A DNA stretch of 64,000 nucleotides. Source: a virus. The notes under the pieces were generated by a model. The model searched no databases. It was not told the origin of the DNA and saw only the letters and a list, made by a program, of their open reading frames with translations. The translations under genes were made by a program, and so were the position numbers. Location of the stretch: the IMG/VR virus record IMGVR_UViG_3300043411_001170, positions 64,001 to 128,000 of that record. The stretch is one strand, 5' to 3'. Below are positions 29,482-40,006 of the stretch, one piece after another (position 1 is the first letter of the stretch; the number at the start of each line of letters is the position of its first letter).

Positions 29482-30078
29482 ATGACTACTGTAGAATTTC
29501 AGAAATTTGCACTGCGATTAGGAAAAACTGTAAACGAGTATCTTGATCAATTTCCTCTTAGAAGTTGGTTCTCGAAAAGAGAATTAACGAGAAAAGACTA
29601 CTTGGAAATAACCTATACTGAAAAAGTTCCATTATCAAGACTTATTGATAATAAATTGGAAAATGGGGGGACCGTTAATATGGATTTGTTTTATCAACAA
29701 ATCACAGAAGAAGTTTGCAATCAGATCGTGACTGATGAGTTACATTATTTAAAGTCTAAATTTGAACAAATTGCATCGAAAACAACACGAAAGAAACTCG
29801 CAGAGATATCTGATTTTTCTAAATACTATATTTTAGCAGGGAACGACGAAAGTATCCATAAATTCGGAGTATTAGATCAGAAATTCCATATTTATTATGG
29901 ATTACCTACAGAATCTATTTATTTGATCCCAACTGAGAATACAGGAGTATTGGAAATTCAGTCATTGTGTTCTACTTATAGTCCAGAACCTGCTAAGAGG
30001 ACTATGTGCTTTACATCTTACGAATTTGTTAATCTTATCTTAGAAAATCCAGAAGAAATAATCTGTCTATCTATTTAG
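29482..30078 (+). CDS. Degenerate major-capsid-protein paralog
   Basis: N-terminal QKFALRLG and C-terminal KRTMCFTSYEFVNLILENP parallel MCP QKVAQSMG and SRMVGFSCFEMLGIGAYNP. Confidence 0.55.
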   Translation: MTTVEFQKFALRLGKTVNEYLDQFPLRSWFSKRELTRKDYLEITYTEKVPLSRLIDNKLENGGTVNMDLFYQQITEEVCNQIVTDELHYLKSKFEQIASKTTRKKLAEISDFSKYYILAGNDESIHKFGVLDQKFHIYYGLPTESIYLIPTENTGVLEIQSLCSTYSPEPAKRTMCFTSYEFVNLILENPEEIICLSI

Positions 30079-30133
30079 TTTTTTGATAGGGTAATTTTTC
30101 CCCTATCTGGGTTTACAATATTTGTTCTGTGAT

Positions 30134-30170
30134 AAGACGTTGGATTTTAAAATCCAACGTCTTTTATTTT
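30134..30170 (+). terminator. Intrinsic terminator (30-bp perfect palindrome)
   Basis: AAGACGTTGGATTTTAAAATCCAACGTCTT followed by TTATTTT. Confidence 0.75.
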
Positions 30171-30270
30171 TGTATAAAAGAATTTTCGGCTGTATAGTTT
30201 ATTTAACATAATAATTTTAGAATACATTTTTTAGTGTAGTTATCTGTAATTTTTTAGAGGTGAGATCTGT

Positions 30271-31044
30271 ATGCCGAACGAAGGAAATTTTACAGCCTAT
30301 GTCTGTGTGAAAGCTGTTTATGTCGGATTAAACGGTTCAAAATTGTCGAGAAAATTAAATATAGGAATGAAAGCTTTATTTGACGGGTCAACCGTTAAAT
30401 TTCTTGATTCAGGTGGGGGTATGGCCCCCAATCAAAGTTGGGGTTACAATGCCGAATTCTTTTATCCTCAATTCCAATTAGCTATTGATAATGGATTTTT
30501 CGTTGAGGATACTAATTATAAATATGAATTAGAAGTCTCTAAAAACAGTGTCATTACAGGTAAAAGATTAAAAAGACTAAACTTTACAGGCACTGGAGTC
30601 TTTACTTCATTAGATCCTAATGACAATGAAATCGTAAATATTTCAATACCTGGAGGTGGAGGGGGTGGAGGTTCTGGAGATCAGATCGTAAGTCCAAGCG
30701 GATATTTTAATTGTACTATAGATGTATTAGTCGGTGATTTAGTATATATCGACGGACCAGATTCAGTAGAAGTCTCAGATAGAACAATTATTAATACTAC
30801 GCCGTGTGTAGGTATTGTAATAGATAAACCAGCAGCCACATCAGCAACTGTTCTATTTTCTGGTAGATGTGATATATTTGCTGGATTAAGTCCAGGATCT
30901 CAATACTATTTGGGACCATTTGGGGCATTAGCATCTTCTCCTCCTATAGAAAACGGTGAAGTTTTTCAGAAGATTGGGGTAGCTGTTAATACTACTACTC
31001 TATGGGTAATTATAGATCCACCAATAATAACAGAAAGCGTTTAA
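30271..31044 (+). CDS. Virion protein with a C-terminal capsid-cement (DUF2190-like) domain
   Basis: Poly-G linker, then VGDLVY...CVGIV...GLSPGSQYYL...QKIGVA. Confidence 0.6.
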   Translation: MPNEGNFTAYVCVKAVYVGLNGSKLSRKLNIGMKALFDGSTVKFLDSGGGMAPNQSWGYNAEFFYPQFQLAIDNGFFVEDTNYKYELEVSKNSVITGKRLKRLNFTGTGVFTSLDPNDNEIVNISIPGGGGGGGSGDQIVSPSGYFNCTIDVLVGDLVYIDGPDSVEVSDRTIINTTPCVGIVIDKPAATSATVLFSGRCDIFAGLSPGSQYYLGPFGALASSPPIENGEVFQKIGVAVNTTTLWVIIDPPIITESV

Positions 31045-31056
31045 GGGTTATTATAT

Positions 31057-31533
31057 ATGAAATCTGTTTTTAAAATAAAAAAATCAAATAAATCTTTGAA
31101 AGATAAAGATAATAAAAATCGCCGTCTATTAAATAAAGAAGATAAAGAAAATAAAAATGACGAGGAGTCAGATGATAAAGATAGTAGTTCTGACATCCTA
31201 GTAAAAAGATATAAATTAACAAAAGAAGCAATTAATTTTGCTAGAGGTCCAATATTTAGATTTAGGATTGCTTTTTCCGTACTTTTAGATACAGGAGAAA
31301 CAACCATAAGACCTCAGAAAAAATGCCCTGTTATTGAAGCTGACGAAAATTGTATCTTGGAAACAAGTAATACAATGGCTCAAATAAGTATTGAAAATTT
31401 TATTCTTCCATCTAGAACTACGAGAAATGGAGATGGTATTCAGGGTGGAAATGAACATGCTTTTGTTGAATTATTAATTGATGAGCCTACTATGAGAGTA
31501 ATGAATTTAGACGATTTATATTTTAATACTTAA
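31057..31533 (+). CDS. Hypothetical protein
   Basis: 158-aa ORF in the structural operon. Confidence 0.6.
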   Translation: MKSVFKIKKSNKSLKDKDNKNRRLLNKEDKENKNDEESDDKDSSSDILVKRYKLTKEAINFARGPIFRFRIAFSVLLDTGETTIRPQKKCPVIEADENCILETSNTMAQISIENFILPSRTTRNGDGIQGGNEHAFVELLIDEPTMRVMNLDDLYFNT

Positions 31534-31562
31534 AAAATATATAAATAATGAGGTGTTATTAA

Positions 31563-33383
31563 ATGGCTATTCCATTAAAATTAGACTCAACTACTTTAAA
31601 GCAAAGACAATTCACCACTACAGATGATTTACAGATTGATGATATAATCAGGCGTGCAGGCTCTGGTAATATGACTATCGGTGGCAACTTAGGTGCCGCC
31701 GAAGAACTTCAATTAGGTTCTGCAACATCTGATGTTCGTATTTTAGGAGATCTTATTGTAGATGGTTCTTCAACAATATCAGTTGACGAAACTGTAGTTG
31801 GTACATTTACTGTAGAAGGCGATGTTAATCTAGGTGACGGTACAGGAGATACCATTAATTTAGGCGGTGGAACTTCTGATATTGTAAATTTGGAAGCAGA
31901 CTTAGTTTTAGGAGCAGGTATTGTTGGAATTGGTTCTTCTGTTACCGATTATCTATCAGATTTATGGCTAATAGCTGTAAATAATAATGGACCTAATAAT
32001 GATGCCTATAATTTAAGAGCTTCTGGAGCAAACGCTGGTGCTTATTCTATTGGTGTTGATCCTACAGGGTTGACTTATATCACAGCTACGGATTTGCAAA
32101 CGGCTCTTGAGGAATTAGATGCAGGAATTTCTGCATCGTCTAGCACTTTGCAACAAGCCTATGTTGCTGGAAATACAATCTCTGTAACAACAGCCGAAGG
32201 TGCAATTCAATTTAGTAATACTACTGATGCCACAAACGTTTTAGAACTTAGTAAGTCTGGAGCATTTGGAGGTAACGTTCTTAACGTTTCAAATGCAGCG
32301 GCTTCTACAGGTGTCCTAGCATTTTTTAACAATGTAGGAACTGGAAGCGCCTTGCAAATTCAAGATGCAGGAGCAGACGTTCTTGTTATCAGTGCTGCTG
32401 GTGCAATTACAGCAACTCCTACATCTGGACAGAATTTGGTCGGAACCGTAGCAGGTGCTGGGGTTATTGATCTAAATACAGGTGCTGGTGGAGTTACGGT
32501 TGATGCCACTGGTGGCGGAATTTCATTGGATGCAGGAGCAGCATCAAATTTCACAACTTCTGCTGGTGCTCTAGTTTTAGAGTCTACAGCCGCTGATGTA
32601 GACATTAACGCTGGAACAGCCGTTACTATTGATGCTGCTGGTACAATTTCGTTAGATGCAGGTGCTTCTTCAAATTTCACAACGACTGTTGGAAACATTG
32701 TGCTTAATGCTGCTGCCATTATGGATATCGATGGTGGATCAGCAGTTAACATTGATGCTGTTACAGGCATGTCTCTTGATGCAGGAGCAGCATCTAATTT
32801 CAGCACATCAGCAGGAAATCTTACTTTTGATGCTGCTGCCGCAGAGTTAGTTTTTGACGATCAAGGTAATTCTGGAACGACTTTATCTCAAAATCTTGAT
32901 CGTGTATTTGACGAAACTGGTGCAGGGGAAGTATTAAACGGAGCAACATCTCTTTTAGGTGCTATCAATAGATTGGCAAGAAGAGTTAGTGTTGCTAATC
33001 TATTAGAAGTAGAGCTACCTATTGAAAATACTATCACCATTGCAGCAGGAAATTGTGTAGCTGCTTCTACTGTTACAGGAAGAGTTACAAACGCAACTTC
33101 TGCTGTTGGTGGGAATTTTAGATTTATCGGGATTTGTACGATTGGCGGAACAGGTAACGTTGGTGGAACTAATCTCGCTAGATTTGCTGTGTCTGGATAT
33201 ATCACAGATTCAGGTGCTGCGTTTACGGCAGGTGCAGCCCTTTATGTACCAGAAACAGCAGGTCGTCCAGTTGTGCAAGCAACTTTGACTCTTGACGAAG
33301 GAGATATGGCAAAACAAATTGCATATGCCATATCTGGTACTACTTATGTATTGGGTCACGGTCTGCCTGAAACAATTATCTAA
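31563..33383 (+). CDS. Fibre protein with beta-repeats and a C-terminal DUF2190-like domain
   Basis: G/A/T-rich; LQTALEEL; three ISLDAGAASNFTT repeats; C-terminal FIGI...AGAALYV...KQIAYA. Confidence 0.7.
   Translation: MAIPLKLDSTTLKQRQFTTTDDLQIDDIIRRAGSGNMTIGGNLGAAEELQLGSATSDVRILGDLIVDGSSTISVDETVVGTFTVEGDVNLGDGTGDTINLGGGTSDIVNLEADLVLGAGIVGIGSSVTDYLSDLWLIAVNNNGPNNDAYNLRASGANAGAYSIGVDPTGLTYITATDLQTALEELDAGISASSSTLQQAYVAGNTISVTTAEGAIQFSNTTDATNVLELSKSGAFGGNVLNVSNAAASTGVLAFFNNVGTGSALQIQDAGADVLVISAAGAITATPTSGQNLVGTVAGAGVIDLNTGAGGVTVDATGGGISLDAGAASNFTTSAGALVLESTAADVDINAGTAVTIDAAGTISLDAGASSNFTTTVGNIVLNAAAIMDIDGGSAVNIDAVTGMSLDAGAASNFSTSAGNLTFDAAAAELVFDDQGNSGTTLSQNLDRVFDETGAGEVLNGATSLLGAINRLARRVSVANLLEVELPIENTITIAAGNCVAASTVTGRVTNATSAVGGNFRFIGICTIGGTGNVGGTNLARFAVSGYITDSGAAFTAGAALYVPETAGRPVVQATLTLDEGDMAKQIAYAISGTTYVLGHGLPETII
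32440..32850 (+). repeat. Three ~41-aa coding repeats (SLDAGA[A/S]SNF[T/S]T)
   Basis: gatgcagg-containing repeat units beginning near 32520, 32646 and 32769. Confidence 0.75.
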
Positions 33384-33454
33384 TAATCTGAAAATAATAG
33401 GTAGTATTATTCATTTTTCCACGTTTTACTACCTATTGTTTTTTAGGATGAGTT

Positions 33455-34009
33455 ATGAAAAAACCTGTAAAATATAAATTTGGTTCTAAACTGAAGACAC
33501 CTGTAAAATCTAGTGTTGTTTTAAAGTCTGTTAATTTATCCAAAGAAACAAAACCTGATAAAACCACAAAATATATTGATGAACCTATAGAAATAGTAGA
33601 TTTAGAAATAGACAAAGAAACACATGAAAGCAGTAATAGTATAATTGACTATGACCCATCTATTAATTGGGACGAACCATTTAAATTAGAAATTGATGAT
33701 CTGGATAAATATAAAATATTAGCCCTAGCATCAAAAGAACAGAAAGAAAGGGATTTAATATCCGTTCCCATCATTAATAAATATAAAGAATTACTAAAAA
33801 TAGAGTTGGATAAGGCATTATCGAATTGTCCATCTTTTATAAAAGCCAGGGAACAAAAAGATCAAGCTATAAAAGACTTTTTAATAAAGAGCTATAAAGA
33901 TCTACCTAAAACCGTATTTGTATCCCGTTTATTTTTGGAAGAAGGATATGCAGAATGTGTCAATAATGAAGAAGAATCTGAAAAAGTTAGATTATTAATT
34001 GGGGTATAA
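33455..34009 (+). CDS. Hypothetical protein
   Basis: 184 aa between fibre genes; could be a chaperone. Confidence 0.6.
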   Translation: MKKPVKYKFGSKLKTPVKSSVVLKSVNLSKETKPDKTTKYIDEPIEIVDLEIDKETHESSNSIIDYDPSINWDEPFKLEIDDLDKYKILALASKEQKERDLISVPIINKYKELLKIELDKALSNCPSFIKAREQKDQAIKDFLIKSYKDLPKTVFVSRLFLEEGYAECVNNEEESEKVRLLIGV

Positions 34010-34012
34010 ATA

Positions 34013-36439
34013 ATGGCTATTACATTACCTGGATTAGCATCTTATCACCTAGTAGGAGATAAACTAGTACCAAGAGTTTCTTGTGAAGCACCTCTTACAG
34101 GTGAAATCCCTTATTATGACGGTGTTACGGGTAAATGGGTAAATTTAAGTACAAATACCACAGACTTTGTATTAACAACGCAAGGTGTGGGAAACGCCCC
34201 CCAATATAAAGACGTAAAATCCCTATATACAAATGTTTTTGGAAAAACAATTACAGTGGATGTAGGACATCAACGAGCAACAAATACAAGAGGATCTCTT
34301 TCTAAATATGATGCTAATTCTCCGTGGGCGGGGATAGCTGAAGCGATGGTGGCTGCTGCATCGGGAGATGCTATTCTTGTATACCCAGGAAATTATACCT
34401 TATCTGGGACACTTACTGTAAAAGACGGTATCTCTTTAATTGGTTTTGGTGAAATTTCTAGAATTACAGGAAGAATTGAATTTACAGCAGGTGCTACTGG
34501 AATCTACTTATATAATTTAAGTGTACAGAATACAAATGACCTATGCTTATTTGGTAACGTCGTTAATAGTATTAGAATAGAAAAATGTGATTTTCTATCG
34601 TCTTATACAACACAAGTTACAAAGTATACTGTGGAGTTTGCACAAGGCACTATTACGCTTTTAGGTTGTTTTGTTCGATTCAGTTCGACAGATACTGGAG
34701 TGACAATAAACAATGCAGGTCTTATCAGATTTTCAGGAACAGCAGCACTTACCGCTAATATTGAATTTTGTGATTTGATTTATACTTCCGCAGACGATGA
34801 TGATGAAACACGCCTTATATACGATACAAACACGTCAACATCTTCAACAGTAAGAGTAGTTAACTGTCGATCTGATTTCTCAAACACTTCGACAACGCCT
34901 ATATCCTTGCACCACTTTTATTATGCAGCAACCCACACGACAAGAAGATATGTAACACAAAATTTTTGTAGCTTTTCGTGGACAAATGCAGGAACAAACA
35001 ATTTTTTAGTGTATGCTGCTACTGTAGGTGGCTCTGCTGGTGGAAGTATTCATGTTTATGACAATACTGTAATATGGACTTCTACGATCCCAGATACATC
35101 TGTATTTTTAGGAAGATCATCAGGCTCCAATGACTCTTTTTATGGTATCGATAATAATTTAAAATACTTTAATGATTTCTTTATTGCTCAACGTTATTAT
35201 TTATCAGGTGATTTAGGATTATTTAATATCTTAAGTATAGCAAATTCAGATAGAGTTAGCATTGGTCGTCCTGATTCTAGGAAAGAATTCTCTAGTGGAG
35301 AAGGATATTTTTCAATAGACGGGATGGTTGTTCTAACAACAAATAATACAGCAAGTGGTGTGAGTGATGGTGGTGGTTTCGTAAATCAAACAGCACAAGC
35401 AATCTCCCCCACAGGTACATTTTCTTTTCAAGGAACGACTGCCAACCATACCATACTTTTCGGATCTGAATTACAAACGAGTGCTGGATATATTAAATAT
35501 TGGGGATATCTAATAGATCAGGTAACAGCAGCAGTTGAGGTTACAAAAAGAAGTTTTGCTTTCGAGATTTGGAACGGTGCTGCTTGGGTTGCTGTAGGCT
35601 CAATGGCTGTTCAAAAAGAAAATACCTATCGTTACGCAAATGAAGTTTTTATTCGTGCAAATAATATTGAGATGATAAGTTTAGGTATTGGGCCAGATAC
35701 AACGTGGGTAACAAAAACGATAAATGGTTTTACTGGTTTTTGGACAAGAGTACGTATAACAAATAACTTAACTACCGCACCGACTTTTAATTCCATTAGA
35801 CTGTCTAGATCTTCTTGCCATATTGATCAATACGGTATCCATTATTTTACAGGTATTTCAAGATATTTTGATTACCAACCCCATCACGGAGGGGCTTTTG
35901 GTATTTCTGGTACTGTAGATGGAAGTTTTACAGCAGGTACAGGAGCAGGAGCACAGACTTGGAGTCACCAAGTTCGTCAAGGGCGACATAATGGTGATGG
36001 TGATTTTTCAAATATGGCTCTAAGAATCCCAGCAGGTGTAGATACTTCACTGCCTGTGGAAGTCGTCGCTTTGTTTGAAACTTCAACAGCATCTGCGGCA
36101 ACAGTAACCTTAACAATGTCATTATTGCCTGTAGAGGCAGTAGGTGTGTTGGAAGCCGACCCAACAGGAGGTATTGTGCCTGTGGCAAGAACAGAAGCAA
36201 ATACTGAATTGGCTAATTCGAAAGCATCACCGAATACTGCGGTTACGTTAGACAATACACCTGCGGGGTATATTAGGCAGGCACGTTTTACAGGGTTTTC
36301 AATTGCAAATTATTATGAAGGAGATGCCATACTATTAAAATTTAATTTAACTACAAGAAATGGCGGCGTCATTGAATTATTAGCACTGACTGTCAGATTC
36401 GGTAAACTGATGTTGGGTGAAAACACACTACAAGTATAA
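34013..36439 (+). CDS. Tailspike/fibre protein with a right-handed beta-helix
   Basis: PWAGIAEAMVAAASGDAILVYPGNY cap, T/S/G-rich, FEIWNGAAW module. Confidence 0.7.
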   Translation: MAITLPGLASYHLVGDKLVPRVSCEAPLTGEIPYYDGVTGKWVNLSTNTTDFVLTTQGVGNAPQYKDVKSLYTNVFGKTITVDVGHQRATNTRGSLSKYDANSPWAGIAEAMVAAASGDAILVYPGNYTLSGTLTVKDGISLIGFGEISRITGRIEFTAGATGIYLYNLSVQNTNDLCLFGNVVNSIRIEKCDFLSSYTTQVTKYTVEFAQGTITLLGCFVRFSSTDTGVTINNAGLIRFSGTAALTANIEFCDLIYTSADDDDETRLIYDTNTSTSSTVRVVNCRSDFSNTSTTPISLHHFYYAATHTTRRYVTQNFCSFSWTNAGTNNFLVYAATVGGSAGGSIHVYDNTVIWTSTIPDTSVFLGRSSGSNDSFYGIDNNLKYFNDFFIAQRYYLSGDLGLFNILSIANSDRVSIGRPDSRKEFSSGEGYFSIDGMVVLTTNNTASGVSDGGGFVNQTAQAISPTGTFSFQGTTANHTILFGSELQTSAGYIKYWGYLIDQVTAAVEVTKRSFAFEIWNGAAWVAVGSMAVQKENTYRYANEVFIRANNIEMISLGIGPDTTWVTKTINGFTGFWTRVRITNNLTTAPTFNSIRLSRSSCHIDQYGIHYFTGISRYFDYQPHHGGAFGISGTVDGSFTAGTGAGAQTWSHQVRQGRHNGDGDFSNMALRIPAGVDTSLPVEVVALFETSTASAATVTLTMSLLPVEAVGVLEADPTGGIVPVARTEANTELANSKASPNTAVTLDNTPAGYIRQARFTGFSIANYYEGDAILLKFNLTTRNGGVIELLALTVRFGKLMLGENTLQV

Positions 36440-36456
36440 ATTATTGGAAATAGCTT

Positions 36457-37320
36457 ATGGCAACATCATTATCCGCGACAATTAGTGGTTTAACGACATA
36501 TACTTTTACACATAGTCTAAATCGCCTAGATCTAAGTGTTAGACTTATTGGTACTGACGGGGAAATAGTTAATAACTTTCTATCTCAAGTTATACCTGAC
36601 CCAGCAAATCCGAAAAATATATTAATTATTAATTTCACTTCCGCTTTTACGGGTCGTGTTCAAATTGTTACCTTGGATTTAGTACAGATTGCGGAACTTG
36701 TTAGAAATGCACCTACTGTTATCGGGATAAATAATTTATCAGCATCTACAAGTCCATCTACGTCAAATAATTTATTGCAGGGTTATACCATAGGCTCGCA
36801 ATGGTATAACACAGTTACGCAAGATTTGTTTATATGTACATTGTCCAATATTGCCACGGCTCAATGGACATGGCAATATAATAATATTAAGTATATAACC
36901 CTAGAAAAAACAGCAGCAAACCAGACTTTTACAACAACTCTCGCGGATGTGACTTGGCAAACCACATCTCAAAATGTTACTGATTACTACACTTTTGGAT
37001 CAAATAGAATTACCCTAAATCAAGCGGGAGAATATAGAATTAATTTTGGATTCACATCCCTAACAAGTCAAAGCCAAGCAGTAGTGCATCGTGTTGTTAT
37101 TACTAGAACGAGATCCGCAGTAGATAATGTGATTAATCGTAGCGAATCTTATCTATATTTCGAGCAGAGTAATATCCGAGCATCCACGAACAAATTGTTC
37201 GTGGATGCCTATTTAGCAAGTGATCAAATAAGAATGCAGGTACAGGTTTTTTCTGGCGGTGCAACAACACATACAATACAGACGCAAGGAACATTTCTAC
37301 AAATAGAAAGGGTAGGTTAA
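36457..37320 (+). CDS. Fibre protein with a C-terminal C1q/TNF-like jelly-roll
   Basis: GYTIGSQWYN...FIC...A.W shaft motif; RITLNQAGEYRINF...LASDQIRMQV...TFLQIERV. Confidence 0.65.
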   Translation: MATSLSATISGLTTYTFTHSLNRLDLSVRLIGTDGEIVNNFLSQVIPDPANPKNILIINFTSAFTGRVQIVTLDLVQIAELVRNAPTVIGINNLSASTSPSTSNNLLQGYTIGSQWYNTVTQDLFICTLSNIATAQWTWQYNNIKYITLEKTAANQTFTTTLADVTWQTTSQNVTDYYTFGSNRITLNQAGEYRINFGFTSLTSQSQAVVHRVVITRTRSAVDNVINRSESYLYFEQSNIRASTNKLFVDAYLASDQIRMQVQVFSGGATTHTIQTQGTFLQIERVG

Positions 37321-37321
37321 T

Positions 37322-38446
37322 ATGGATTATACATACGATATATCTCAGACGTTGCACGGTGTTGTTTCGCCTCAGGAAATGAAAAATACCATTGAACTAA
37401 GTGCTATTACAGTTGCTTTAGATAATCCCTTTCCAATTTCTGTTGGAGAAACAACTTTCACGATTACTTTCAAAGATGAACTAACTGTAGAAGAAGTCGC
37501 AATATTGGTATCGATAGTATCTCAACATACAGGTATCTATAATCCTGTAAAAGAGCCAAGAGAAGTAACATTTGCATCTACTATTGCACAAACATCAGAT
37601 GGAAGAATTAGAACCGTTGGTGAAAAGTCAGTTACTTCTAAGATAAATATCCATAGCCATGATTGGACTGATAAAACAACATGGTATGGTGATTCTGTTC
37701 GTGTTGTGGATGAAGTCGCTACAAGCGTCGATTATATTACTTATTCATTAACACATCAAAGTATCATAGACATTTATCATGGAAAACTCGTTAATGAGGA
37801 TGTGCTAGAAGATTCTGCAAATAATTCCTATCGGGTTGTTGTAAAAGTTAATGACGTTACTAAAATAGAAAAAGATCCACATTATGATATAATACCAAAT
37901 CTTGAATATGTCTGGCATTATCAAGTTAACTATGATGACGGAAAAATAATTTTTCAAAATGCTCTTACAGAAACAGACGTAGTTGAGGTGACGTACCATT
38001 ACGCTACTACCTCGACATTTTATGTCCGTCCTGCTCCTACGAAAACATTAGAGATAGATTATGTAGAGGGACAATTTTCGGACGATATAGAAATATATGA
38101 TACGATCACTTTTGAACCTTGGGGATATGCAGGAGTTTTTGCCCCTCAACTTGGATATCCTTTTTCGACTATGATCCCATTAGGCTCAAATTTCGTGTAT
38201 AAGGGAATCAGAGATTATGTAAGTGATTCAACACATGCTTATCCGAATTATGGAAATCTATCTTCATCTACAGGGTGGAGAGGACTTACCAATACTGTTA
38301 CCGTATTCTCATGGAATTATGTAAGAGCAACTCAGTTAATTTCAGAGTATGGTATGGAAATTAGAATAAAATTACAACATGAAGAACCTTTTGGAGGTTC
38401 ATTCTGCACAGTTTCATTTTACTGTGGGGTAGTAGACCCCCCTTGA
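37322..38446 (+). CDS. Virion structural protein
   Basis: YQVNYDDGKIIFQNAL...VEVTYHY module typical of tail/baseplate proteins. Confidence 0.6.
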   Translation: MDYTYDISQTLHGVVSPQEMKNTIELSAITVALDNPFPISVGETTFTITFKDELTVEEVAILVSIVSQHTGIYNPVKEPREVTFASTIAQTSDGRIRTVGEKSVTSKINIHSHDWTDKTTWYGDSVRVVDEVATSVDYITYSLTHQSIIDIYHGKLVNEDVLEDSANNSYRVVVKVNDVTKIEKDPHYDIIPNLEYVWHYQVNYDDGKIIFQNALTETDVVEVTYHYATTSTFYVRPAPTKTLEIDYVEGQFSDDIEIYDTITFEPWGYAGVFAPQLGYPFSTMIPLGSNFVYKGIRDYVSDSTHAYPNYGNLSSSTGWRGLTNTVTVFSWNYVRATQLISEYGMEIRIKLQHEEPFGGSFCTVSFYCGVVDPP

Positions 38447-38467
38447 TTTTAAAAGAGCGTTTATTAT

Positions 38468-38767
38468 ATGTCTTGGCTATATCCAATTGAAACAGGTAAA
38501 ACTTTATTTGATTTATGGTCTGTTGTTCATTTTGCAGGATGGATGGCTCTAGGTGCAAACTGTGTAGCTGGACATTTACCAAATTGGGCCGTGTGGAGTG
38601 TTCTAGTAGCCAGTACGATCCTTTGGGAAACGGTAGAAAGAACTTTACTAAAGCACATGATTCAGCATCCTGAAAGTATGATAAATAGTTTTATTGGAGA
38701 TCCAATCTCTAATAGTCTTGGTTTTTGTTTCGGTGTGTGGTTGGCTCATTATATATCAAAAACATAA
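38468..38767 (+). CDS. Small membrane protein (about 3 TM)
   Basis: DLWSVVHF..G, WETVE, ES.INS.GD...N..G. Confidence 0.65.
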   Translation: MSWLYPIETGKTLFDLWSVVHFAGWMALGANCVAGHLPNWAVWSVLVASTILWETVERTLLKHMIQHPESMINSFIGDPISNSLGFCFGVWLAHYISKT

Positions 38768-38776
38768 ATTCTCTGC

Positions 38777-39343
38777 TTGGAATCAGAGAATAAATTTCGC
38801 TTAACAAGCGGGATATTTAGTGTTATGAATATTTATTTTGGTTTTTCTACTAGCACTTTACCACTTTCTTACGTTGCCAGATGGTTGATGAGATCAAAGG
38901 CAAGCCACACTTTCCTTCTCATCGAACTCGGATTTATCAAAATTGTAATAGAAGCTACATTTGGAGGTGTTAAATTAACACCTTATGAAAAATGGAAGAA
39001 GCACAGTAAGCTAACACACCTATTTGCATTAGGAACTAAAAGACCAGAAGCAATGGTGAATGCTGCGTTATCTGAAGCATTTAGTACTATCGGAACTAAA
39101 TACGATTATGCAGGATATTTCGGATTTCTTCCATTATATATTTTGAGATGGTTTGGAAAGAAAATACGAAATCCTTTTGGATCTGCCAGAGCTATGGCAT
39201 GTTCCGAATTTGTTGTCCAGGTAAGAGAAGAACTACAAATTCGATCATGGATGCATTTCGATCCAGAATCTACATCACCTCAAGATATTATAGACGTTTG
39301 CGAAAAATCTGACGAATTTGTAAGTGTTCCTTTTCCAAAATAA
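38777..39343 (+). CDS. Permuted papain-like NlpC/P60 (YaeF/YiiX family) enzyme
   Basis: SH before IEAT..GV, G.KYD, and catalytic ACSEFV near the C-terminus; likely start ATG 38825. Confidence 0.8.
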   Translation: MESENKFRLTSGIFSVMNIYFGFSTSTLPLSYVARWLMRSKASHTFLLIELGFIKIVIEATFGGVKLTPYEKWKKHSKLTHLFALGTKRPEAMVNAALSEAFSTIGTKYDYAGYFGFLPLYILRWFGKKIRNPFGSARAMACSEFVVQVREELQIRSWMHFDPESTSPQDIIDVCEKSDEFVSVPFPK

Positions 39344-39355
39344 AAGAGAATTAAT

Positions 39356-40006
39356 ATGGATAAAAATACAAAAACAATAGAAATGATAAAGAAGGATATC
39401 CCTGATTTTGAAGTAGACTATAAAGACAGCAATAGTTTACAAAAATTTATAGGAATTCTATTGTTTTTTAACAAAAAATATATGAAGTCGTTCACAACTA
39501 CTTTATATCCAAAAGTGTATTTTCCTAATAAGGAATGGGAGAGTAGAGAATCGTTTTATAAAACATTATGCCATGAGTATGTTCATTTAAAAGATAGAAA
39601 AGATAACGGGGTGTGGTTTAGTATTTCCTACTTATTTCCACAGATACTAGCTTTACTATCTTTATTATCTATTCTTTCTTTTATCAGTCTACATTTTCTA
39701 TGGTGCCTTTTATTCTTAATATTCCTATGTCCCTTTCCATCGACGTTTAGAACTAAATGGGAATTAAGAGGGTACGCTTCAAATATTTTTATTGCCTATT
39801 TAGTTAATAAAAAATTCGATGATGAACAGATAAAATTTATTAAAGAAAATTTCTTGAACATGAGCTATTATAAAATGTCATGGTCGAAAGAAAAAATAGA
39901 TGAATCTATTGATTTAATAAAAAAGCAAATATTAGATGGTAGTATAACAGCAGGTAAAGAAGGTCATGTCTATAAGAACATAGAAGATCTTCATAAAACT
40001 TTCTAA
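39356..40006 (+). CDS. Membrane-anchored zinc metallopeptidase-like protein
   Basis: FTTT..P, HEYVH, two hydrophobic helices, downstream WELRGY glutamate. Confidence 0.7.
   Translation: MDKNTKTIEMIKKDIPDFEVDYKDSNSLQKFIGILLFFNKKYMKSFTTTLYPKVYFPNKEWESRESFYKTLCHEYVHLKDRKDNGVWFSISYLFPQILALLSLLSILSFISLHFLWCLLFLIFLCPFPSTFRTKWELRGYASNIFIAYLVNKKFDDEQIKFIKENFLNMSYYKMSWSKEKIDESIDLIKKQILDGSITAGKEGHVYKNIEDLHKTF

Noticed and set aside
30134-30163. Perfect 30-bp palindrome as telomere-resolution site or origin
   Set aside because: Lies just after a gene and is followed by a T tract; a terminator is the simpler explanation.
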